A stretch of DNA of 64,000 nucleotides, taken from positions 1,376,001 to 1,440,000 of the forward strand of contig OY969695.1 of assembly GCA_963701965.1 (NCBI GenBank), written 5' to 3'. This stretch comes from an uncultured Gemmatimonadales bacterium (GTDB taxonomy: Bacteria > Gemmatimonadota > Gemmatimonadetes > Gemmatimonadales > Gemmatimonadaceae). Every line of letters begins with the position of its first letter. Position 1 is the first letter of the stretch. The notes under the pieces are model-generated. The model searched no databases and had not been told where the DNA came from. It was given only the letters and a program-made list of their open reading frames with translations. A program made the translations under genes and the position numbers. Positions 40,509 through 50,475 of this stretch are shown in pieces.

Positions 40509-41892
40509 GATTGCTGAGCAGGTCTTCGATCCGCGCATGGGGCGTATCGGCATCCAGGAGACTGGCGACGGCATCACCGACGCGGCTCGCGTCGACCCGC
40601 ACCTGCTGCATGTCATCGCGTCCGCGAATCGTCACGTCGCCCTTGGTGATCGTATCGCCATCGATGGTGATACAGTACGGCGTGCCGACTTCGTCCTGCC
40701 GGCGGTAGCGGCGGCCGATCGACCCGGACTCATCGTAGTACACGGGAAATTTCCGGCGCAGATCGTCGGCCAGTTTGTGCGCGAACTCGGGCATCCCGTC
40801 TTTCTTCGTCAGGGCGAACACGCCCGCTTTGATCGGCGCCAGCGCTGGATGCAACGCCAGCACGGTGCGTCCCTCGGCTTCGCCGGGGACGGCCTCTTCG
40901 CGATAGGCATTGACCAGCGCGGCGAGCGTCACCCGGTCGGCCCCGACCGACGTTTCGATGACGTACGGGACGTAGCGGCGGTTGTTGGGCTGGTCGAAGT
41001 ATTCCAGGCGCTTACCGGAGTACTGTTGGTGTTGCGTGAGGTCGAAGTTGCCGCGATGGTGAATGCCTTCGATCTCCTGAAAGCCGAGGGTGCCGCCGAA
41101 ATCGAACTGGATGTCGAAGGCGGCCCGCGCGTAGTGCGCCAGCTCGCTCTTCTCGTGCTGGTGGAATTCGAGGCGCGACGCCTCGAGGCCGAGCGCGGTA
41201 TGCCACTCCATGCGTTGGGCCTTCCAATACTCGAACCACGTCATTCCCTCGCGATCTTCGGGATCGACGAAGAACTGCATCTCCATCTGCTCGAACTCGC
41301 GCGTGCGGAAGATGAAATTCCCGGGCGTGATCTCGTTCCGGAACGCCTTGCCGATTTGCGCGATGCCGAAGGGGATTTTCTGGCGCGAGGACTGCTGGAC
41401 GTTCAGGAAGTTGACGTAAATGCCCTGGGCGGTCTCCGGCCGCAAATACACCACGGCCGAGCTCTCCTCGACCGGCCCCATGAACGTCTTGAACATCAAA
41501 TTGAACTGGCGCGGCTCGGTCAGCACGCAGGGCGTGCCCGGGTCGCCGGGATGCCGGCTCGGCTTCAGGGTGCAGGGGGCGTCGACGAGCTTGTCGGCGC
41601 GGAACCGGCCTTTGCACGTCTTGCAGTCGACGAGCGGATCGGTAAACGTCGCCACGTGGCCGCTGGCTTCCCAGACGCGCGGATGCATGAGGATCGCGGC
41701 GTCGAGACCCTCAATGTCATCGCGGTTCCGGACCATCGTCTGCCACCAACGGTCCTTGATGTTCCGCTTGAGCTCGACGCCGAGGGGCCCGTAGTCCCAC
41801 ACGGATCCGGTGCCGCCGTAGATCTCGGACGACTGAAAGACGAAGCCATGTCGTTTGGCCAACGACACGAGTTTGTCCATGATATCAAGCAT
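40501..41892 (-). CDS. glyQS: Glycine--tRNA ligase, homodimeric type
   Basis: IYGG..SVWDYGPLG, LRPETAQG, FRNEITPGNFIFRTREFEQME, GSIGRRYRRQDEVGTP. Confidence 0.96.
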   Translation of the reverse strand: MLDIMDKLVSLAKRHGFVFQSSEIYGGTGSVWDYGPLGVELKRNIKDRWWQTMVRNRDDIEGLDAAILMHPRVWEASGHVATFTDPLVDCKTCKGRFRADKLVDAPCTLKPSRHPGDPGTPCVLTEPRQFNLMFKTFMGPVEESSAVVYLRPETAQGIYVNFLNVQQSSRQKIPFGIAQIGKAFRNEITPGNFIFRTREFEQMEMQFFVDPEDREGMTWFEYWKAQRMEWHTALGLEASRLEFHQHEKSELAHYARAAFDIQFDFGGTLGFQEIEGIHHRGNFDLTQHQQYSGKRLEYFDQPNNRRYVPYVIETSVGADRVTLAALVNAYREEAVPGEAEGRTVLALHPALAPIKAGVFALTKKDGMPEFAHKLADDLRRKFPVYYDESGSIGRRYRRQDEVGTPYCITIDGDTITKGDVTIRGRDDMQQVRVDASRVGDAVASLLDADTPHARIEDLLSNHA

Positions 41893-42891
41893 CTAAGGGC
41901 GGGCAATGAGATACGGGGCGATACGGTCGCCGTGATTGCGGCCGTTCTCGATGAATATCTTGTTGGCGTCGTATCCCGAAGCCAACACGCCGGCAATGAA
42001 CACGCCGGGCACGTTCGTTTGCATGGTCGACGGGTCGTGCTTGGGAATGCCCGTGGCATCGTCGATGGCGACGCCGGCCCGGCGCAGCAACACGACGCTG
42101 GGCGTGAAGCCCGTCATGAGATACACGTGCTGCGCGGGCAGCCGCTCGATGCCCCGCGGGGTCTCGATGTCGAGCGTCTCCAGATCGATGCGCGTGAGGC
42201 GCGCGTTGAACCGGATCGCGATGCTGCCGTCCTTCACCCGGTTCAGCATGTCGGGCAAGATCCACGGCTTGACGTTGGCGTCGAACTGATCGGCGAAATG
42301 CACCACCGTCACCTTGGCGCCCGAGCGATAGAGATCGAGCGCCGCGTCCACGGCCGAATTGCCGCCGCCGACGACCACCGCCTCACGGCGGAAAGCCTCG
42401 TGGCCCTCGCGGTAGGTGTGCACCACGTGGGGCAGCGCCTCGCCCGGCACATCGAGCAGATTCGGCGTACCGAAGTATCCGGTGGCCACAACGACCGCGT
42501 CGTAAGGCGCCTCGACCAGACCCTCGGCACGGCGCTCGCTGCGCACGACGACGTGCGACCCGTCGGCACGAATGTCGACGACGGGCTCGTATTGCCGGAT
42601 CTGGAGGTTGAAGTACTGGACGACCATGCGATAGTAGGCCAGCGCCTCGCGCCGCGTCGGCTTCTCGCCGCCCGTCACGAACGGCAACCCGCCAATGCTG
42701 ATCTTTTCCGCGGTCGAAAAGAACGTAGTGTACAACGGGTAGCTGGCGATGCTCGACGCCACGCACGAGCGGTCGTAGATCGTGACGCGCAGTCCCGCGC
42801 GTTGCAGCGCAATACCCGCCGCGAGCCCGCAGGGACCGGCGCCGATCACCGCGACCGAGACGCCGGCGTTCCCCCGCCCGACCACTACCAT
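41893..42891 (-). CDS. ypdA: YpdA-family FAD/NADPH oxidoreductase (putative bacillithiol disulfide reductase)
   Basis: IGAGPCGL, YP..TFFST, KPTRREALAYY, ATGYF, GGGNSAVD, VKPWILPD, IFIENGR. Confidence 0.88.
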   Translation of the reverse strand: MVVVGRGNAGVSVAVIGAGPCGLAAGIALQRAGLRVTIYDRSCVASSIASYPLYTTFFSTAEKISIGGLPFVTGGEKPTRREALAYYRMVVQYFNLQIRQYEPVVDIRADGSHVVVRSERRAEGLVEAPYDAVVVATGYFGTPNLLDVPGEALPHVVHTYREGHEAFRREAVVVGGGNSAVDAALDLYRSGAKVTVVHFADQFDANVKPWILPDMLNRVKDGSIAIRFNARLTRIDLETLDIETPRGIERLPAQHVYLMTGFTPSVVLLRRAGVAIDDATGIPKHDPSTMQTNVPGVFIAGVLASGYDANKIFIENGRNHGDRIAPYLIARP

Positions 42892-44166
42892 CGCAGCAAC
42901 TGGTCGCGCCGGGTTCCCACACTCACGAACTCGAATGGGCGCCTCGACCAGGGCCTCGATGCGATCGAGATAGGTGCGCGCGGCGGCGGGCAGGTCGGCG
43001 CGCTTGCGCGCATCGGCCGTCGAGCATTGCCACCCGTCGAACCACTCGTAGCGCGGCACCATGTCATCGAGCGCCGTCAGATCGCTCGGAAACTCGGTGT
43101 ACACGTCGCCGGCCGCTTCGTATCCCGTGCAGATCGCAATGCGATCGAGCGTGTCGAGCACGTCGAGCTTGGTGACGGCCAGATGCGTGAGACCGTTGAC
43201 GCGCACGGCGTACCGCACGACGACGGCATCGAACCAGCCGCAGCGCCGCGGCCGGCCGGTCGTCGCGCCATACTCGTGGCCCAGCTCCCGCACCCGCGTG
43301 CGGAGTGGTTCGTCGAACTCCGTCGGCAAGGGCCCATTGCCCACCCGCGTGGTGTAGGCTTTGACGACGCCGAGCGCGGCGTCGATCGCGGTCGGCGCCA
43401 GGCCGGCGCCGGTCGCGGCGCCGCCGGACGTCGTGTTGCTCGATGTGACGTAGGGATACGTCCCGTGATCGATGTCGAGCAGCGAGCCCTGCGCGCCCTC
43501 GAGCAGGATGGCGGCGCCGCTTTGGCGGGCGCGGTGTACCGCGAGACCCACGTCCTCCGAGAGCGCCAACAGCCGCGGCGCGAGGCCGTGCAAAATCTCC
43601 AGCGTCTGGTCGACGTCGGCGCGCTTGGCGCTGCCGAAGTGCTCCAGCATCGCGTTGGCGTGCTCGGCCCCGCGGGTCACCAGCGCCTGGAGGTGGGACG
43701 GGTGGCGGAGATCGACGACACGCACGCCGCGCCGGGCGATCTTGTCCTCGTACGCCGGCCCGATCCCGCGACCGGTCGTCCCGATCTCCCGGCTGGCCGC
43801 GCTCTCGGCGTCCACGAGCTTGTGGTACGGCAACACGAGGTGGGCGCGATCGCTGACGTAGAGCCGCCCCTCGACATCGACTCCGTCGGCGACCAGCAGG
43901 TCGATCTCTGTGAAGAACGTCTCGGGATCCAGCACCACACCGTTGCCAATGGCGCAGCGGACGCCGCGATGCAGGATCCCACTCGGGATCTGGTGCAGCA
44001 CGAAGCACCGGCTGCCCAGGTCCACAGTGTGCCCGGCGTTGGCGCCGCCCTGGTATCGGACGACCCAATCCGCGCGCTCCGCGAGCACGTCGACGAGTTT
44101 GCCCTTGCCCTCGTCGCCCCATTGGGCGCCGACGACGACGACCGTACGAGTCTTGTCTTCGAACAT
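42885..44166 (-). CDS. purA: Adenylosuccinate synthetase (frameshift near 42926)
   Basis: GAQWGDEGKGK, QGGANAGHT, EGAQG, YPYVTSS, TTGRPRRCGW; true C-terminus FVSVGTRRDQ in shifted frame ending 42885. Confidence 0.96.
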
Positions 44167-44170
44167 TGTG

Positions 44171-45235
44171 CTAGAGCGAGAGCCGGCGAGCGGCTCGAAC
44201 GATGGCATCGGCGGCGAGCGAGACACCGGTGCCGGAGAGCGCGGCAGCGGTATCACCGCCGCAATGGACCCGTGCCAGCGTGGCGAGCGTGCCCCGACTC
44301 ACCGTCACGGCCTCCCAGCCGGCGTCGGCGAACGCCATGGCGTCCACGAATATGCCGGGAAGCACGCGCCGAGCCCGCACGGCCCGCCCGTCGAACGCCC
44401 GAATCAGCCGTTCTGGCCGGCCGTGCGAGTACATGATCGTAAGATAACCACGATCGTCCACCGTGTCGCAGTTGATCACGATGCCGGGCGCGCGCCCCCG
44501 CACCCAGGCGCGGGCTCCCGCCAGCCCGAGTTCCTCGGCGCTGGTCAGGATGATGCCCAGCGGGAGATCCGCCGCCATCCGGGCGGAGAGCAGGACGGCC
44601 GCGACGCCCGAGGCGTTGTCGACCGCGCCCGGCGAGCGGGTGCCCACCGTGGAGACAGCCACCGGGATCGCGGCGCCCACCCCAATGGCGACCAGCCAGA
44701 TCCAGGCTGGACCCGTGACCTGCGCGGCGGCAAACGCCAGCGCCACGGCGCCGCAGAGGACGCTCGTGACAATGCCGGCGGCGCGGAGCAGAATGGGCAC
44801 CGGCTGCGACTTGCTGTCGAGATGTGCGCAGAGCCACACCGCCGGCACGCCGCGCGTTGCCTCCAGGTTCACGCCCGGTACCCGTCCACGACTCACGCCG
44901 GTCCGCGCGAGCCACTGCCCCGCCACCGCAGTCCCCCCGGCTCCGCCGAGCAGGGCGGCGATCGCCAGCGTGAATTGGCGGTGCGCGCCCAGGTGCGCGA
45001 CGGCGGCGATCAGGAACATCCAGGCGGTGCCCAGCGCGGGCGTCGCCCAGCGGCCTACCCAGGACCCGTACGTGAACGGCGCCTCCGCGACGGCGAACCC
45101 CAGAGACACGAGATACTCACGGCAGGCGTTGCGGGCGGCCGCCTCGGCGGCGCTGCCCGCGGGACGCGGGCTGGCGGCGAGACGGGCGAGCCAGGCCTGG
45201 GCTTCGTCTCCGACGCTAGCGGGTTGGTCCGTAGA
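44171..45235 (-). CDS. M28-family peptidase with TM insertions (start unclear)
   Basis: PRPAGS, AHLDSK, PGAVDNASGV, AEELGLAGA, NCDTV, H...DT; no clean start codon visible. Confidence 0.8.
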   Translation of the reverse strand, partial: STDQPASVGDEAQAWLARLAASPRPAGSAAEAAARNACREYLVSLGFAVAEAPFTYGSWVGRWATPALGTAWMFLIAAVAHLGAHRQFTLAIAALLGGAGGTAVAGQWLARTGVSRGRVPGVNLEATRGVPAVWLCAHLDSKSQPVPILLRAAGIVTSVLCGAVALAFAAAQVTGPAWIWLVAIGVGAAIPVAVSTVGTRSPGAVDNASGVAAVLLSARMAADLPLGIILTSAEELGLAGARAWVRGRAPGIVINCDTVDDRGYLTIMYSHGRPERLIRAFDGRAVRARRVLPGIFVDAMAFADAGWEAVTVSRGTLATLARVHCGGDTAAALSGTGVSLAADAIVRAARRLSL

Positions 45236-46213
45236 CCTCGAGCCCCATGCGCGCTTTGACTTCGGCCATCGTCTCGCGCGCGATCGCCGACGCCTGCGCG
45301 GCGCCGTCACCCAGCACCTGGTCGATCACGCCGGGCGCCGACGCGATTTCCGCGGCCCGCGCGCGGATCGGGGCCAGCACGGTCTCCACCCCTTCGAACA
45401 GCACGCGCTTGCAGTCAATGCAACCCCACCCCGCGCTCCGGCAGCGCGCGGCGACGTCCTCCACGACGGGCGGGGCGTTGAACGCGCGATGCAGGTGGTA
45501 GATGTTGCAGACTTCGGGCGTGCCCGGATCCGTTTTGCGGACACGGTTCGGATCGGTGACCGCGGGTCGCAGCTTTTCCCAATGTCGGCCGCGGGTTCGA
45601 GCACGCCGATGGTATTGCCGATCGACTTCGACATCTTGGCCTGGCCGTCGAGGCCCATGATGCGGCGCGTCGGCGTCAGCAATGCCGCCGGCTCCGGGAA
45701 ATACGGGAGGTCGGGCGCGAACCGCGCGTTCCATCGGCGCGCAATGTCGCGCGACAGCTCCAGGTGCTGGACTTGATCCTCGCCGACCGGGACGAGATCG
45801 GCGCGGTACAGGAGAATGTCCGCGGCCTGCAGAACGGGATAGTTCAACAGTCCGGCCAGGATGCTCTCGTGGCGCTGCGACTTGTCCTTGAACTGCGTCT
45901 GTCGCTCGAGATCGCCGATGGGCGTCACCGTGTTGAATATCCAGGCCAACTCGGTATGTTCCGGCACCGACGACTGGGCGAAGAAGATCGCGGTGTTCGG
46001 ATCGATGCCCGCGGCGAGCAGCGAGACCGCCAGATCGCGCGTGCGGGCCCGGAGGTCGGCCGGATCATAGGGCACCGTGATCGCGTGATAGTCGACGATG
46101 CAGAAAATCGACGGATAGCGTCGCTGGACCTCGACCCAATTCCGCACGGCACCGAGGTAGTTACCAATGTGCAGCTCGCCCGACGGCTGGATGCCGCTGA
46201 AGACCCGTGGCAT
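45216..46213 (-). CDS. trpS: Tryptophan--tRNA ligase (frameshift near 45580)
   Basis: SGIQPSG.LHIGNYLG, YPVLQAADIL, VPVGEDQ, KMSKS; C-terminus in ORF 45216-45734. Confidence 0.96.
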
Positions 46214-47031
46214 TCGGCGAAACTAGAGAGACGGGCCACACGCCGCAACCGAGCGCGCTCCTCGAGCTCGCGGTGCGGGCGGCGGAGGCCGCGGCCCAGG
46301 TGATCCGTCGGGGCGCCGAAACGCTGCCGCGCCTCGCCTGGGAGGAGAAGGCGCCGCACGACTTCGTGAGCGATGTCGATCGGGCGTCGGAGGCGGCCGT
46401 GCGGGAGATCCTCCTCGGCGCGGTGCCCGGCGCCCAAGTGCTCGGTGAGGAGATGTCGCCCGACTTGGCGCTGACGGACGGCGTGGCGTTTGTCGTCGAT
46501 CCGCTCGACGGGACGACGAACTTTCTCCATGGGTTTCCCGAATACGCCGTCTCCATCGCCGCGCTCGTGGACGGGGTATTGGCGGCTGGCGTGGTCCGTC
46601 ACGCCGTGACGGGCGAGACGTTCACCGCCGTCCGCGGCGGCGGCGCCCGGCGCAACGGCGTGCCGATCCACGTGTCGACGACGACCACGCCGTCCCGCGC
46701 GCTCATCGGCACGGGTTTTCCGTTCTCCAGTCTCGACCGCCTCCACGAGTATCAGCCGCAGTTCGCCGCCGTGGCGCGACAGACCGCCGGCATCCGCCGG
46801 GCGGGATCGGCGGCGTTGGATCTGGCGCATGTCGCCGCCGGGCGGTTCGACGGGTTCTGGGAGCTCAAGCTCGCGCCCTGGGACATCGCGGCGGGCGTGT
46901 TGCTCGTGCGGGAGGCGGGGGGATTGGTCACCGATCTCGCCGGCGCGCCCGCCCCGGTCGCCCATACCGGCCTGGTCGCGGGCAACCCGACCATTCACGC
47001 GTGGCTACTAAAGGAACTATGGCATCCCTAG
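46207..47031 (+). CDS. suhB: Inositol monophosphatase family protein
   Basis: GEE, VDPLDGTTNF, RRAGSAALDL, PWDIAAG; start uncertain. Confidence 0.9.
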   Translation: MAFGETRETGHTPQPSALLELAVRAAEAAAQVIRRGAETLPRLAWEEKAPHDFVSDVDRASEAAVREILLGAVPGAQVLGEEMSPDLALTDGVAFVVDPLDGTTNFLHGFPEYAVSIAALVDGVLAAGVVRHAVTGETFTAVRGGGARRNGVPIHVSTTTTPSRALIGTGFPFSSLDRLHEYQPQFAAVARQTAGIRRAGSAALDLAHVAAGRFDGFWELKLAPWDIAAGVLLVREAGGLVTDLAGAPAPVAHTGLVAGNPTIHAWLLKELWHP

Positions 47032-48527
47032 TCGAGTGCGTTCCGAATTTTTCCGAGGGCCGGAGGCCCGACGTCATCGCCCGTATCCGCGACGCGATCG
47101 CCGCGGTGCCGGGCGTGGCGATCCTCGACGTCTCGTCCGATGCGTCGCACAATCGCACGGTGGTGACGTTCGTCGTACCGCCGGAATCGGCCGTCGACGC
47201 CGCGTTCTTAGGCGTCCGCGAAGCGCGCGCGCTCATCGATCTCACGACGCACACGGGTGAGCACCCGCGGATCGGCGCCACCGACGTGGTGCCGTTCGTG
47301 CCGCTCGAGGGCGTGACAATGGAGGCCTGCATCGTCCTGGCGCGCACGCTGGGTGAACGCGTGGGCCGGGAATTGGAGATCCCGGTCTATCTCTATGAGC
47401 GCGCGGCCACGCGCCCCGACCGGGAGAACCTGGCCAATGTGCGCCGGGGCGAGTTCGAGGGTCTCCGCGACATCCTGCCGCGCGATCCGGCACGGGCGCC
47501 GGATTTCGGACCACGGGCCGTCCATCCGACGGCCGGCGCCATGGCGATCGGCGCCCGGCCGTTCCTCGTGGCGTACAACGTGTATCTCGGACCCGTCACC
47601 AATCTGGCGGTCGCCAAGGACGTCGCCAAAGCCGTCCGCGGCTCGTCTGGCGGCCTGCGCTACGTGAAAGCGTTGGGGTTGGAGGTCGATGGGCAGGCGC
47701 AGGTGTCAATGAACCTGGTCGATATCGACCGGACGCCGTTGTCACGGGCGTACGAGGCGGTGCGCACGGAAGCGGCGGCGCAGGGCGTCGCGCCGACGTG
47801 GAGCGAATTGGTGGGGTTGGTGCCGGAGCGGGCGCTGATCGACGCCGGGGCGCGGCACGTGCAGCTGCGCGGGTTCAACGCGGACGCGCAGGTGCTCGAG
47901 CGCAAAGTGCGGGCGGCGGTCAGTGGCGCGGCGGTCAATGGGTTCGTGGCCGCGGTCGCGTCGGCCAGTCCCACGCCGGGCGGCGGCAGCGTGGTGGCGC
48001 ACGTCGGCGCCCTGGGCGCGGCGTTGGCGCAGATGGTCGCCGGCCTGACTGCCGGACGACCGAAGTTCGCGGCAGTCGACGCCGAGATGCGCGACGTGGG
48101 GCGCGAGGCGGCCGAGCTCACCCGCAGCCTGTCGCGGCTCGTCGACGAGGACGCCACGGCGTATGCCGGTGTCTCGGCCGCCTACAAGACGCCCAAGGAC
48201 ACGCCCAATCGGTCTGGCGCGATCGCTGCAGCGCTTCTCGGCGCCGCGCGAGTGCCACTGGAAACGGCGCGCGCGGCGGCGCGTGTCGCCGCGTTAGCGG
48301 CGACCGTGGCCGAGAAAGGGAATCCGAATGCCGTGTCCGATGCCGGGGTCTCGGCGCTGCTCGCCGAAGCGGCGTGTCGGGGCGCGGTGTACAACGTGAG
48401 GATCAATGTCGCCGCCCTCGCCGACCGCTCGGCGGGCCAAGCGCTGATCGACGAGGCGCTCCGACTGGTCGTCGACGTCGCCCGATTCGCGGCGACGGCG
48501 ACGGCAGCTGTCGAGCGGCATTTATAA
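47019..48527 (+). CDS. ftcD: Bifunctional glutamate formimidoyltransferase / formiminotetrahydrofolate cyclodeaminase
   Basis: VECVPNFSEGR, HNRTV, HPRIGATDVVPF, QVSMNL; SPTPGGGS and NPNAVSDAG cyclodeaminase motifs. Confidence 0.93.
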   Translation: MASLVECVPNFSEGRRPDVIARIRDAIAAVPGVAILDVSSDASHNRTVVTFVVPPESAVDAAFLGVREARALIDLTTHTGEHPRIGATDVVPFVPLEGVTMEACIVLARTLGERVGRELEIPVYLYERAATRPDRENLANVRRGEFEGLRDILPRDPARAPDFGPRAVHPTAGAMAIGARPFLVAYNVYLGPVTNLAVAKDVAKAVRGSSGGLRYVKALGLEVDGQAQVSMNLVDIDRTPLSRAYEAVRTEAAAQGVAPTWSELVGLVPERALIDAGARHVQLRGFNADAQVLERKVRAAVSGAAVNGFVAAVASASPTPGGGSVVAHVGALGAALAQMVAGLTAGRPKFAAVDAEMRDVGREAAELTRSLSRLVDEDATAYAGVSAAYKTPKDTPNRSGAIAAALLGAARVPLETARAAARVAALAATVAEKGNPNAVSDAGVSALLAEAACRGAVYNVRINVAALADRSAGQALIDEALRLVVDVARFAATATAAVERHL

Positions 48528-49052
48528 CGAGCGCTTGCGATAGAGCACGTGTTGGCGCAGCCGGTCGCCCGGCGGGAAGCCCGGGTGGTCGAAATCGTCG
48601 GCCGGATCGTGCGTCATGCCGATCTTCTCCATGACGCGGCGCGACCGCGTGTTGGCCGGGACCGCGAAGGCCACGATTTCGCCGAGCGCGAGTTGGGTGA
48701 AGCCGTAGTCGAGCGCGGCGCGGGCCGCTTCGGTGGCGTAACCTCGCCCCCAAAACTCGGATCGCAGGCGCCAGCCGATCTCCACGCACGGTGTGAAATG
48801 CGCCTCGAAACGGGCATGGGCCAGACCGCAGAATCCGGCAAAGTCCACGACGCCTGGGATCTCGACGGCCCAGAACCCAAACCCGTGCTCGGCGATGTGG
48901 GCACGAATGCGCATCGCCAGCGCGTCGCTCTGCCCGCGGTCGAGCGTTGACGGGAAAAATTCCATGACGCGCGCATCGCCGACCAGCGTGGCGAACGCCT
49001 CCAGGTCGTCATCCCGCCACGGGCGCAACACGAGCCGCGGAGTGACGATCAC
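48522..49052 (-). CDS. RimJ/RimL-type GNAT acetyltransferase
   Basis: TPRLVLRPW, EIGWRL, WGRGYATEAA, N.RSRRVMEKIGM; GTGA overlap with map stop. Confidence 0.9.
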   Translation of the reverse strand: MIVTPRLVLRPWRDDDLEAFATLVGDARVMEFFPSTLDRGQSDALAMRIRAHIAEHGFGFWAVEIPGVVDFAGFCGLAHARFEAHFTPCVEIGWRLRSEFWGRGYATEAARAALDYGFTQLALGEIVAFAVPANTRSRRVMEKIGMTHDPADDFDHPGFPPGDRLRQHVLYRKRSL

Positions 49053-49801
49053 GCCGCCGTCAGGATCCGCGGGCCGTCGTCCGTGACGGCAATGGTGTGC
49101 TCGAAGTGTGCCGAGCGGGTGCCGTCGGCTGTGACGACGGTCCATTTGTCGGAGAGCGTGCGCGTGTCGCCCCGTCCGATGTTCACCATGGGCTCAATGG
49201 CAATGGTGAGACCGGAGACCAGCTTGGTGCCCCGTTTCGGCTTGCCGAAGTTCGGCACCTGCGGCTCCTCGTGGGGTTCGAGGCCCACGCCGTGGCCCAC
49301 CAGATCCTTGGCCACGGTGAAATGCGCCCGCTCGACGACGCCGAAGATCGCCGCGCCAATGTCGCCCGTGTGATTCCCGGCCTGGGCCGCGGCGATGCCG
49401 GCGTCCAGGGCGCGCCGCGTCACGTCCAGCAGCCGTTGCGTCTCGGCATTCACGCGTCCGACCCCGACGGTCGCCGCCGCGTCGGTATAGAAGCCGTTGT
49501 ACTTGACACCGACATCGAGCGAGATGATGTCGCCCTCGCACAGGATGCGTTTCCGGGACGGGATGCCGTGCACGATCTCCTGATTGACGGAGAGGCATAC
49601 ACTGCCCGGAAATCCATACAGACCCTTGAACGCCGGCAAGGCGCCGTCGTGGCTCCGGATGAACTCGTCCGCGATCTGGTCCAACTCGCCCGTCGAGATC
49701 CCGGCTTCCACGCGCGACGACAGTAGCGCAATGGTGGCGGCCAGGATACGGCCTCCCTGCGCCATGATCTCGATCTCGCGCGGCGACTTGAGTTGGATCA
49801 C
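49049..49801 (-). CDS. map: Methionine aminopeptidase type I
   Basis: LKSPREI, VHGIP, GHGVG..PHEEP, IEPM, SAHFEHT. Confidence 0.96.
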   Translation of the reverse strand: MIQLKSPREIEIMAQGGRILAATIALLSSRVEAGISTGELDQIADEFIRSHDGALPAFKGLYGFPGSVCLSVNQEIVHGIPSRKRILCEGDIISLDVGVKYNGFYTDAAATVGVGRVNAETQRLLDVTRRALDAGIAAAQAGNHTGDIGAAIFGVVERAHFTVAKDLVGHGVGLEPHEEPQVPNFGKPKRGTKLVSGLTIAIEPMVNIGRGDTRTLSDKWTVVTADGTRSAHFEHTIAVTDDGPRILTAA

Positions 49802-49817
49802 GAGTGCGGCTCCCGGC

Positions 49818-50474
49818 CTACCGGCCAACAGCGGCCCGGATGCGCGCGTGCACGGCGTCGAGCGACCCGGTGGCATCGATGATGTTGACCGGCACCGCGT
49901 GCGCGCGGTACCACTCGATGACCGGCGCCGTCTGCCGGCGGTACACTTCCAGGCGCGTCCGGACGGTCTCGGGTTCATCGTCCTTGCGGCGCACCAATTT
50001 GCCGCCGCAGGCCGCGCACCGCGCGCCCGGAGCCAGTCCCATGTACGGCGTCTGGCACCCTTCGCAGACGGTGCGCGCCGTCAGGCGCCGCAGGAGCTCG
50101 TCGTCCGACACATCGAACAGGAGCACGGCGCCCACGTGCCGGCCGAGATCGGCCAGCGCCTTCTCCAGACCCTCGGCTTGGGGCACGGTACGCACGACGC
50201 CGTCGAGAATCGCGCCGCGGGTCGCGTCGGGCGATGAGAGCGCGTCCTTCATGATCCCCAGGATCACCTCGTCTGGTACGAGCGCGCCCCGATCCATGAA
50301 CGATTTCGCTTCCAGCCCCAAGCGCGTTCCCGCTTTCACCGCCGAGCGGAGCACATCGCCGGTCGCCACCTGCGGGATGCCAAGCGCGGCGGCCAAGCGC
50401 TGCGCTTGGGTCCCTTTTCCCGCGCCGGGCGGGCCCAGCAGGACGATGATCAGGCTGTCGGTGGCGACGGCCAC
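49818..50474 (-). CDS. adk: Adenylate kinase
   Basis: GPPGAGKGTQ, TGDVLR, LVPD, 4-Cys LID, RKDD. Confidence 0.96.
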   Translation of the reverse strand: MAVATDSLIIVLLGPPGAGKGTQAQRLAAALGIPQVATGDVLRSAVKAGTRLGLEAKSFMDRGALVPDEVILGIMKDALSSPDATRGAILDGVVRTVPQAEGLEKALADLGRHVGAVLLFDVSDDELLRRLTARTVCEGCQTPYMGLAPGARCAACGGKLVRRKDDEPETVRTRLEVYRRQTAPVIEWYRAHAVPVNIIDATGSLDAVHARIRAAVGR

Positions 50475-50475
50475 G

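Noticed and set aside
41893..44256. Apparent 787-aa PurA-YpdA fusion
   Set aside because: The normal PurA C-terminus (FVSVGTRRDQ) is in another frame ending at 42885 and YpdA has its own ATG at 42891; one indel explains the fusion.
40507..44436. 1309-aa plus-strand ORF and other long antisense ORFs (5744-7768, 18285-20675, 29919-32144, 49804-51873, 61395-63251)
   Set aside because: Shadow frames of real genes in high-GC DNA; no recognisable motifs.
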